Shown: positions 18,445 to 26,600 of the stretch, one piece after another
How the letters are laid out: each line of letters opens with the position of its first letter
Position numbering within the stretch: the stretch's first letter is position 1
Source: Horticoccus luteus
GTDB lineage: Bacteria > Verrucomicrobiota > Verrucomicrobiia > Opitutales > Opitutaceae
NCBI RefSeq assembly: GCF_019464535.1
Contig: NZ_CP080507.1
Location: 810,001 to 842,000 of the forward strand
Direction: 5' to 3'
DNA: 32,000 nucleotides
Notes under the pieces: generated by a model
What the model saw: the letters and a program-made list of their open reading frames with translations, nothing else
Told to the model about the DNA's origin: nothing
Databases searched by the model: none
Program-made: the position numbers and the translations under genes

Positions 18445-18473
18445 GACCAGCCGCGCAACAGGAGCGGCTGGTC
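18445..18473 (+). terminator. Perfect 10-bp GC-rich hairpin downstream of the PhyH gene (possible terminator)
   Basis: GACCAGCCGC (18445-18454), a 9-nt loop, then GCGGCTGGTC (18464-18473). No T-tract follows. Confidence 0.3.
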
Positions 18474-18643
18474 GGAGCACCGGTCTGGCTCAGGTGCCGG
18501 CCAGTTGCGGTTTCTATCTGGGTTCGGTGCGCCGTGCCGCCACACGAGCGAGTCCGTGGCGGAGTGCTACGCATGAAGCGGGTCGTAATCTCCACGCTCG
18601 GCGGGGACGGCAAGTTGTAGGACATTGTCGGCATAACCTCGCC

Positions 18644-19510
18644 ATGAACGTTCCATTGCTCTCAGCTTCGCGCCTGCGGAGGGCGCTGGGCCTTGCGCTC
18701 ACCTTCACGCTGGGCGCGTTTGAAGTGCGGGCCTGCACGTTGTGGGCCGCGGTGGCGCCGAACGAAGGCGGGACGATCATCGCGAAGAACCGCGATTGGA
18801 AGCCCGACCACACGCAGGTGCTGAAGCTGCGGCGCGGCAAGGGCTATGCGTATTTCGGGCTCTACGCCGTGGGCAACGACGAGCCCGGGCTGAAGGAGGG
18901 CGTGAACGAGAAGGGACTGTGCGTCGTGACGGCGACGGCGGGCTCGATTCCCAAGGCCATGCGCAAGGCGCAGAGCTCGAAACGGGGAGGCGTGACGGCC
19001 ATGCTGCTCGCGAAGTATGCGATGTGCGACGAAGTGCTGGCCGACGCGGAGAAACTTTTTCACGGCCGTAATCCGATATTTCTGATGATTTCGGACCACA
19101 CGAAGATCCTCACGCTCGAGGTGGGGCTGGACGGTCGCTTCGCGGTGAAAGTCACCGCCGCGGGTCACGCCGCGCACACGAATCACTTCCTCGAGCCAGC
19201 GCTGGCCGACTGTAATCTGAAAATCGGCGAGAGCAGCGCCACGCGTTTCCGGCGGATTTCGGAGTTGCTGGAAGCGGCGCCGGGTCCGCTCGACACGGCG
19301 GCGTTTGCGACGATGAGCGCGGACCGCTACGCGGGCGACAGCGACAGTCTCTGGCGCGTCGGTAAAGGCAGCATCACGCTTTCGTCATGGATTCTCGAGA
19401 CACCCGCGAAAGGCGACATGACGCTCCGCGTCGTGCTGGCGAACCCGGGTCAGCCGAAGGAAGAAAAGCGGTTCGTGCTGGACGAGAAATTCTGGAAGCA
19501 GCACGGGTGA
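18644..19510 (+). CDS. Secreted N-terminal-nucleophile (Cys) hydrolase, choloylglycine hydrolase / C45 acyltransferase-like family
   Basis: The ATG at 18644 gives signal peptide MNVPLLSASRLRRALGLALTFTLGAFEVRA. It is followed directly by CTLWAAV...IIAKNRDW, resembling the Cys-nucleophile plus Arg/Asp (xRNxDx) arrangement of Ntn acylases. The track ORF start at 18263 would overlap the PhyH gene. Confidence 0.6.
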   Translation: MNVPLLSASRLRRALGLALTFTLGAFEVRACTLWAAVAPNEGGTIIAKNRDWKPDHTQVLKLRRGKGYAYFGLYAVGNDEPGLKEGVNEKGLCVVTATAGSIPKAMRKAQSSKRGGVTAMLLAKYAMCDEVLADAEKLFHGRNPIFLMISDHTKILTLEVGLDGRFAVKVTAAGHAAHTNHFLEPALADCNLKIGESSATRFRRISELLEAAPGPLDTAAFATMSADRYAGDSDSLWRVGKGSITLSSWILETPAKGDMTLRVVLANPGQPKEEKRFVLDEKFWKQHG

Positions 19511-19519
19511 GGAGAATGA

Positions 19520-20293
19520 CTACGAAATTTTGTGCCAGATGCCTCGCTCTCCCGCCTTCTGTGCGAGTAGGCCGCGGTCTCGCAAAACCTGAAGTTGTTG
19601 GCGGAGTTTGTCGCGAACATGACGATTTTCCGGGTGAAGCGCCGATAGCTCTGGTTCGAAGCCGTAGACATCGTCGTTGCGAAAGATAGCCGGGAGTTGC
19701 TCGACGAAGCGAAGAACGTCGAGCGTCCATCCGCGGCTGTCGGGAGGCAAGTTCGCGAGCCGCGCAATGCGGGCGTATTTCTCCCGAACCAGAGTTCGTT
19801 CGATTTCTGCGCCATCGACGACGAGGTCGATTTTTGCCGCTTGCGGGATCAGGCTAATGTTAAGCGTGTAGCCGACCCATTCGTGACGGCGGGCGGAAGA
19901 ACTCAGTGGCCTCCGAGGCGAGACTACAGCGGGCGAAATCGCGAACCGGGGAATGAGCAGAAGATTGCGAACGAACCACGCGGGCAGTTCGTAATTCAAA
20001 AGGAAAAAATTCGGTGTGCGGTTGTGGAGAATGGCTTCGACCATCCGCTGATAATTTGAGCCCAGGATAGTGCGTCCGATTTTGGTTTTCTGGCTTTTGA
20101 GCTGATAGCGCTCGACGCAAAGCGGACAAAGAAAGTCGGTGACGTGTGTGTTAGCGGGCGTTTGCTCAATGATGTCACTGGTGCAGGCGCAACAGAAGAG
20201 GTTGGAGGCTCCCCACGGCTCGGTAATGCGCCGGGCGATTTGCGAGGCGCTTTTGTAACCGGCGCCGTGATGCACCGGAAGCTGGAGGTCCAT
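19520..20293 (-). CDS. DpnI-family (Dam-replacing family) type IIM methyl-directed restriction endonuclease
   Basis: Collinear with S. pneumoniae DpnI as I recall it. Shared blocks: YKSxSQxAR..TE.W, a 4-Cys pair (CCAC ... CPLC), D-F-x-C...LKS, PNFFLLNY, RRPLSSSARRHEWVGY, SRGWTLDVL, and C-terminal winged-helix DKLRQQLQVLRDRGLL. I prefer the start at MDLQL (20293); the track start is 20311. Confidence 0.8.
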   Translation of the reverse strand: MDLQLPVHHGAGYKSASQIARRITEPWGASNLFCCACTSDIIEQTPANTHVTDFLCPLCVERYQLKSQKTKIGRTILGSNYQRMVEAILHNRTPNFFLLNYELPAWFVRNLLLIPRFAISPAVVSPRRPLSSSARRHEWVGYTLNISLIPQAAKIDLVVDGAEIERTLVREKYARIARLANLPPDSRGWTLDVLRFVEQLPAIFRNDDVYGFEPELSALHPENRHVRDKLRQQLQVLRDRGLLAQKAGERGIWHKIS

Positions 20294-20689
20294 CGTGGGC
20301 GAGTAGAGCAACCACCGGACCGCTCATCAAATCGATTTTACGCGATAGATTTCCGTTTCGCACCGAACGATGTGGGTCGTCTGCCGCTTGGTGCCATCTG
20401 ACGCGCGAGCCCATGCTTTCTGCAGAGTCACGTCGACGGTCGTGTGCACTACGCTCGCCGCCTGCGTGTGAGCGCTCGAAAGGAAGACGAACTTCGATTC
20501 ATGGAAAATACAGTGGTGCGGCGGGCTGGGGCGGCGTGTCGGCGCGGTGGCTGCGAATCCGGCCGAGGCGCTGGCGTGGTATGAGAAGGCGAGCACGCCG
20601 ACATCACACAGGCGAAGGCGACGGCGGATCGCGTGACGCCACGGGCACAGGCTGCCGCGGCGGAGAAGAAATAGGCGCGGCGGCGGCGC

Positions 20690-20719
20690 AAAAAAGGCCG
20701 CGGCGTGGAAGCCGCGGCC
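20690..20719 (-). terminator. Rho-independent terminator of the pyrophosphatase gene
   Basis: On the minus strand: GGCCGCGGC TTCCAC GCCGCGGCC followed by TTTTTT. That is a perfect 9-bp GC stem, a 6-nt loop and a 6-U tract, beginning 36 nt after the stop at 20755. Confidence 0.8.
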
Positions 20720-20754
20720 GAGGAGGATGCGCCGGTGCGGACGCGAGGAAGGTG

Positions 20755-23232
20755 TCAGGCTTTGGCGTCTTCCGGAATGCGCATCGAGTAGAAGCTGCGG
20801 TAGGCAAAGATCAGCGCGATCAGGAAGAAGATCACGCCGATGGCGGTCTTCACGTGCTGGTCTTTCATCGTCACCGCGATTTCCACGGCGAGCAGGCCGA
20901 AGAGCGTGGTGAACTTGATGACGGGGTTCATCGCGACGGAGGAGGTGTCCTTGAACGGATCGCCCACAGTATCGCCAACGACGGTGGCGGCGTGGAGGTC
21001 GGTGCCTTTCTGCCGGAGCTCGACCTCGACGATCTTCTTGGCGTTGTCCCACGCGCCGCCGGCGTTGGCCATGAAGATGGCTTGGAAGAGGCCGAAGAAT
21101 GCGATGCCGATGAGGTAGCCAATGAAGAAGTAGGCATTGAAGAAGGGCAGCGCCAACGCGAAGCAGAAGACGACGATGAAGATGTTCCACATGCCCTTCT
21201 GCGCGTAGACAGTGCAGATGCGGACGACTTCCTTGGAGTCTTTGGCGGACGCGGTCGTTGAATCGAGCTTGATGTGCTTTTTGATATAGACGACCGCGCT
21301 GTAGGCTCCCGTGACAACGGCCTGAATCGACGCGCCGGTGAACCAATAGATGACGGCGCCTCCCATGATGAGGCCGAGGATGATCTCCGGCTGCACGATC
21401 GAGAGGGCGGCCACCACTTCCTTGAACGGACCGGCGAGACCGGAGGCGAGTTGCGCCTCGTAGAGTTTCTGCAGGAGCATGATGATGCCGAACACCATCG
21501 TGGTCGCACCGACGACGGCGGTGCCGATCAAGACGGGCTTGGCGGTGGCTTTGAACGTGTTGCCCGCACCATCGCCCTTCTCGAGCTGGTATTTGGCGTT
21601 TTCGAAGTCGGGCTGGAAACCGAAGTCGCGTTCGATCTCGGCGGCGATGCCGGGCTTGGCTTCGATCTGGGAAAGTTCGTAGACGGATTGGGCGTTATCG
21701 GTGACGGGGCCGTAGCTATCGACGGCGATGGTGACGGGGCCCATGCCAAGGAAGCCGAAGGCTACGAGTCCGAAGGCGAAGATCGGGGCGGCGAAGAGGA
21801 ACTTGGCGGGCATCAGCGCGAGGAGCGCCGGGTTCTGGGAGAAGTAGTAAGACGCGGCCATCAGCAGCATGATGACGAGGCCCATCCAGAACGCGGAGAA
21901 ATTGCCCGCGACAAGACCCGACAGGATGTTGAGCGAGGCTCCGCCGTGCTGGGAGCAGTTGGTGACTTCTTTGACGTGGCGGCTGTTGGTGCTGACGAAC
22001 ACCTTGGTGAATTCCGGGATCAACGCGCCGGCCACGGTCCCGCAACTGATGATGACTGACAGCACCCACCAGAGGGCGGGATTAACGGTTTCTCCGCCGA
22101 CGGTCTGGTGCGCCAGAAGGAAATAGGAGGCGAGGAACGTGATGCCGATGGAGACGGCCGAAGTGATCCACACGAGATGAGTCAGTGGCGCCTCGAAATC
22201 AAAGTCCTTCAAGCGGCCGTATTTGGCGCGCGAGAGGCCTTGGTTGAGAAAATAGGAAACGAGCGACGTGACGATCATCAGGGCGCGCATGACAAACAGC
22301 CACACGATGAGGACGGCGCAAAGTTCGGCGCTCTCGGCGAGAGCGAGGGCGAGGAAGGCGATGAGGGCGACGCCGGTCACCCCGTAGGTCTCGAAACCAT
22401 CCGCGGTGGGCCCGACGGAATCGCCGGCGTTGTCGCCGGTGCAGTCGGCGATAACGCCGGGGTTTTTCGGGTCGTCCTCGGGGAGCTTGAAGACGATCTT
22501 CATGAGGTCGGAACCGATGTCGGCGATCTTCGTGAAAATGCCGCCGCAGATGCGGAGGACGGACGCGCCGAGGGACTCACCGATGGCGAAACCGATGAAG
22601 CAGGGACCGACGAGTTCCCGCGGCAGGAACACGAGGATGCAGATCATGAAGAACAGCTCGACGCACACCAGCAGCAGACCGACGCTCATGCCGGAGCGGA
22701 GCGGGATGAAGAGGGTATTGAGCGGGTTGCCCTTGAGGGCGGAAAAGGCGGTGCGTGAATTCGCGACCGTGTTGATGCGGATGCCGAACCACGCGACGCC
22801 GTAGGACCCGAGAATGCCGAGGACCGAGGCAAGGAGGATCACGCCCACGTTCAGCGCGGAGTTATGCCCCAAGAAGCCGAAGTAGTAAACCATGCACGCC
22901 CCGATCAGCACCCAGAGGATCGCGAGGAACTTGCCTTGGGTGAACAGGTAAGTTTTGCAGGTTTCCCAAATGGTATGCGAAACGCTGGCCATGGAGGCAT
23001 GGACCGCCAGCGCCTTTGTCTGCTTATATTGAATCAGGCCGAAAATCGCGCCCACTATACAGAGCGCGATGCCGATATACATTAGCGTGACGCCGTTCAC
23101 GCCGCCGAGTCCGTCGAAGCGGACCTGGGTGAGGTCCGGGATGTGGATATCGGCTTCGCTCGCGCGAACCAGCGAAGGGGCAACGACGGCCAGCAGGCCA
23201 GCGACGCCCGTTTTCAGGGTCAGTTTGGTCAT
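20755..23232 (-). CDS. hppA: Membrane-integral proton-pumping pyrophosphatase (H+-PPase), probably the K+-independent type
   Basis: Motifs GGIFTKIADIGSDLMKIV..PEDDPKNPGVIADCTGDNAGDSVGPTADGFETYGV, GNTFKATAKP, GGAWDNAKK and GDTVGDPFKDTSSVAMNPVIKF, with many TM helices. I prefer the start at ATG 23232 (MTKLTLKTGVAGLLAVVAPSLV). The track extension to 23433 reads as non-coding. Confidence 0.9.
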   Translation of the reverse strand: MTKLTLKTGVAGLLAVVAPSLVRASEADIHIPDLTQVRFDGLGGVNGVTLMYIGIALCIVGAIFGLIQYKQTKALAVHASMASVSHTIWETCKTYLFTQGKFLAILWVLIGACMVYYFGFLGHNSALNVGVILLASVLGILGSYGVAWFGIRINTVANSRTAFSALKGNPLNTLFIPLRSGMSVGLLLVCVELFFMICILVFLPRELVGPCFIGFAIGESLGASVLRICGGIFTKIADIGSDLMKIVFKLPEDDPKNPGVIADCTGDNAGDSVGPTADGFETYGVTGVALIAFLALALAESAELCAVLIVWLFVMRALMIVTSLVSYFLNQGLSRAKYGRLKDFDFEAPLTHLVWITSAVSIGITFLASYFLLAHQTVGGETVNPALWWVLSVIISCGTVAGALIPEFTKVFVSTNSRHVKEVTNCSQHGGASLNILSGLVAGNFSAFWMGLVIMLLMAASYYFSQNPALLALMPAKFLFAAPIFAFGLVAFGFLGMGPVTIAVDSYGPVTDNAQSVYELSQIEAKPGIAAEIERDFGFQPDFENAKYQLEKGDGAGNTFKATAKPVLIGTAVVGATTMVFGIIMLLQKLYEAQLASGLAGPFKEVVAALSIVQPEIILGLIMGGAVIYWFTGASIQAVVTGAYSAVVYIKKHIKLDSTTASAKDSKEVVRICTVYAQKGMWNIFIVVFCFALALPFFNAYFFIGYLIGIAFFGLFQAIFMANAGGAWDNAKKIVEVELRQKGTDLHAATVVGDTVGDPFKDTSSVAMNPVIKFTTLFGLLAVEIAVTMKDQHVKTAIGVIFFLIALIFAYRSFYSMRIPEDAKA

Positions 23233-23617
23233 AGGGGAGGGGTTGCGCGTGGTTTTAGGTGGTGAGAGCGAGGCCGCGAGCCAATTCTGCGCAGCCAATC
23301 TAATAGGCCGCAGGAGGCGAAGCGGTTGCGACGCCGGGCGCCGGGGGGCGATGCAAAAAATTAATCGCTGGTAGTGGGAACACCGACAAAGACTTGGGAT
23401 TATTCCCGGTTTTAACGGTGAGGTGCAAACCACTTTAATGTTGCGGGGATTACCCTATGGAGTAGGCCCATTGTCCGCCCGCCCGGTCTTTTGAGCCGTC
23501 CGGCGCATCACATGCTTTGTTTTGATTTTGCTTGGGAGAACTCCCCCTGCCGGTTGGCCCGTTGGCCCGCCGAGTGACCCGCTTTTAGCATCAGACACTT
23601 TTCAAACGCGTTCCATC

Positions 23618-26600
23618 ATGAGCACCCTCGTCCAGCGTATTATTCGAGCAATCGGCTTTGCAGTCCTGATGTCCGGCACATGGGCCGCCGCGGCGGCCCC
23701 GGCGAATTCCTTGGTAGGATCGTGGCTGATGGGCGACGCCAGCTCGCCCGAGTCGGCTGTGATCACTTTTCTGCCCAACGGCACATATTATTTCGCGGGC
23801 GACGCGAGCCCCGGTTCGGGCGACAAGCCGGGGATGGAACGAGGTGGCTACACGTGGAATGCGACGACCGGCCAGTTCACCGCCATCGCGGCGGGTGCTT
23901 TGAGTGATACGAATGGCGACGCCGGCATCTCCGGCGCCGGTTCGGACTCGGATTCCGTCATTCTGACCCTGGGCGCGGACGGCAACACGCTGACGGCGAC
24001 GCCCCAGCACGACGACCCGGTCACGCTCACCCGCATCGCAGATGCGAACCAAGCACTGGTCGGCACTTGGATATATGGCACGCCCGGCGCGTTGGGCTCC
24101 GGCGCGGTGACGTTTCTGGCCAACGGCTATTATTTTCTCGCGAACGACGGCGATTCTGACGCGACCGGCTGGGCCGGCATGGAACGCGGCACTTACGCGA
24201 TCAATGGCGGCCAGGTCGTGCCTTCTGTCATCACCGACACCAACGGCGACCGCGGCATCGGCGGCGAGGGGGCGATCGCCTTCTCGCTCAACGGCGATAC
24301 GCTGACCGTGACGACGAGCGATGGCACCCGTGATCTGGTGCGGGCGAACGCAGCCACCGCGGCAGTGCCCGCCATCACCACGCAGCCGGCTTCTCTCAAT
24401 GTAGTCACAGGCTCGAGCGTGACGCTGAACGTCGTCGCCAGCAGCTCGTCAGCCGTCACCTACCAATGGCGCCGCGACGGCGTGGCGATTTCCGGCGCGA
24501 CGCTCTCGACTCTCACGCTGGGCACCGTGCATCGCGCCGACGCGGACAACTACGATGTGGTGGTCACGAATGCGGTCGGGAGCAACACTTCGAGCCTCGC
24601 GCATTTGTCCGTCGCCCCCTTGAGCTATCCGCAGTCATTGGCGATTGACCCGACGTTCGCGCCGAATCCGCTGACCATCTCGACGAGGGTGTATGCCTCG
24701 GCCAAACTGCCGAACGGGCAATGGATGATCGGCGGAGATTTCGTGCAGGTGGGCGCGGCGAGCCGGCCGGGTGTGGCGCGACTCAATGCCGATTTCACCC
24801 TCGACCAGACGTTTACCCCGATCGTGGTCAACGGTGCCGTGCAGGCGATTGTCGCGGCGGCGGACGGGACGGTTTACGTCGGCGGCGAATTCACGCGCGT
24901 CAATGGTCTCGGTCGCCCGGGTTTGGCGCGGCTGACGACCACCCAGGCGTTCGATACGTCGTGGGGTCCGCAGGATGCGCCCAGTGCGCTGTCGATCGTG
25001 AGTGCGTTGGCGTTGCAGGCCGACGGGAAGCTGTTGGTGGCGCGGATGAGCTTTGCCGGGGGAACCGTGCCGGCTGTGCCGACGACCGCGGTTTTGCGGC
25101 GGCTCAAGAGCGACGGCACAATCGACACGACTTTTGCGAGCAACATCGTGCTCAACGGCGGCCGCATCTACAGCATCCTGCCGGAAGCGGGTGGTTCCGT
25201 GGTAATCGGCGGTGCATTTTCTTCGGTGAGCGGCACGGGCCGCAATGGCTTGGCGCGCCTGACCAATGCAGGCGCGTTTGATCCGAGTTTTGGAGGCAAC
25301 ACGGCCAACACAGGCGGCGTGTTCACGGTGTCGCGCCTCGCCGACGGACGCTATTTGGCCGGCGGTCAGTTCACGAATATTGACGGCGTGGCCCGCAACA
25401 AAATCGCGGTCTATTCGAGCGCGGGTGTACTGGATACGTCGTTCGTGCCCGCGGCGGGCGTCACGAATGGGCAGATTTATGCGGCCACGGAATTGAGCGA
25501 CCATCGGATCGTGGCCGGCGGAAGTTTTACGAGCTATGCGGGGCAGGCTACCAACGGCTTGATCAGATTCACGACCGCGGGAGCCATCGACCAAGCTTAC
25601 ACGGTGGCGGGTGCCGCCCCGACCGCGTTTACCTCGACCACGGCCGGCGCGAATTTGTGCGCCTACACGTTGGCGAACGATGACGTGGCGTTCTTTGGCA
25701 TTTTCCAGAGCATGCTCAATCAACGTCGCGTGGGCGTCGCCGTCGTGAAACTCGATGGCACCCTGGGGGCGGCGACGGCCGGGCCGATTTACCGCGGAGC
25801 TTATACGAACAACGCGTTTCTCGAAACGACCGGCCAAGTGACGATTCTCGGCTCGGTCGACACGCTCGGGGCTGCGAGCAATCTGATGCAACTCGCCCGC
25901 GTGAATGCCGATGGCACCGCGGATCTTTCCCTCACGCCGGGCGGCGGGTTTACCCAGAACGGGCTGTCGGCCTTCGGCATCTACAAAGCGGTGCGTCACG
26001 GGGACGGCCGCATTACCGCCGTGGGCGACGTGACGGCGTATGGCAACGTGAGTGGCACGCGCCTGCTTCAAATCAAAGCGGACGGGACGCCGGATGCGAA
26101 TTTCAACAGCGGCACGGGACCGACCACCTACCTGCTGCAGATGGCGCCATTGAGCGGCGGCGGGACGTTGCTCTACGGCTTCGGGGCCAACTTCAAATAT
26201 AACAACCAGAGCGCAAACGCCTTGGTCCGCCTCAACGCCGACGGTTCACGCGACCCGAATTTTGCGGACGGCGTTTTTCTCAATGGCACGTCCGGCGCGG
26301 GCGTCTCGGCGGCGGTCGAGGACCCCGCGACGGGACAGATTTACGCGGCCGGCACGTTCACGAGCTATCAAGGCGCACCGGCACCGGGCTTGGTGCGCTT
26401 GAATCGCGACGGCAGCCGCGATCCGAACTTCGCGCCGGGCACGGGCGCCAGCGGCGGCGCGGTCACCGGATTGCAGATTCTGGACGAAGGGCGTCTGCTG
26501 ATTTCCGGTTCGTTCACCAGTTTCGACGGCACCCCCGTCAATCGGCTGGCGATCGTCGATCGCGATGGGCGGCGCCAACAAAATTTCAACCCCGGCACGA

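Noticed and set aside
14932-18545. Track ORFs 14932..16275 (+), 15147..16526 (-), 16564..17676 (+) and 16878..18545 (-, 555 aa).
   Set aside because: All are antisense or off-frame to the RecD2 helicase and PhyH genes, which carry unambiguous motifs. Their compositions are extremely Arg/Gly/Pro/Ser-biased. The 555-aa ORF would have to run across two well-supported genes.
18263-18643. 5' extension of the Ntn-hydrolase ORF (track start 18263).
   Set aside because: It would overlap 145 nt of the PhyH gene and encodes Gly/Arg/Ala-rich non-protein-like sequence. The ATG at 18644 gives a proper signal peptide immediately before the Cys nucleophile.
17601-20311. Idea that recD2, PhyH, the Ntn hydrolase and the DpnI-like gene form one defence island or operon.
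   Set aside because: Gene orientations alternate (-, +, +, -). RecD2-type helicases are usually housekeeping. No known defence-associated domains other than DpnI are present, and no mobile-element genes flank the region.
20472-20640. Possible Sel1/TPR-like gene remnant (..AANPAEALAWYEKAS..) in the gap between the PPase terminator and the DpnI-like gene.
   Set aside because: The match is only about 10 residues of a very degenerate motif inside a short ORF that otherwise reads as Arg-rich noise. That is insufficient to call a pseudogene.
20327-21346. Track ORFs 20327..21346 (-) and 20413..21261 (+), which span the PPase 3' end and the non-coding gap.
   Set aside because: They are off-frame or antisense to the H+-PPase and would read straight through a strong rho-independent terminator (20690-20719). 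Composition is Arg-rich and low-complexity.
23233-23433. 5' extension of the PPase ORF (track start 23433).
   Set aside because: The extension (MVCTSPLKPGIIPSLCRCSHYQRLIFC...) lies in comparatively AT-rich promoter-like DNA and is not protein-like. The ATG at 23232 begins a hydrophobic N-terminus.
23550-23570. Short tandem GTTGGCCC GTTGGCCC upstream of the giant gene as a regulatory repeat.
   Set aside because: Only two 8-nt copies are present, which is likely chance in GC-rich DNA. I could verify no supporting promoter elements.
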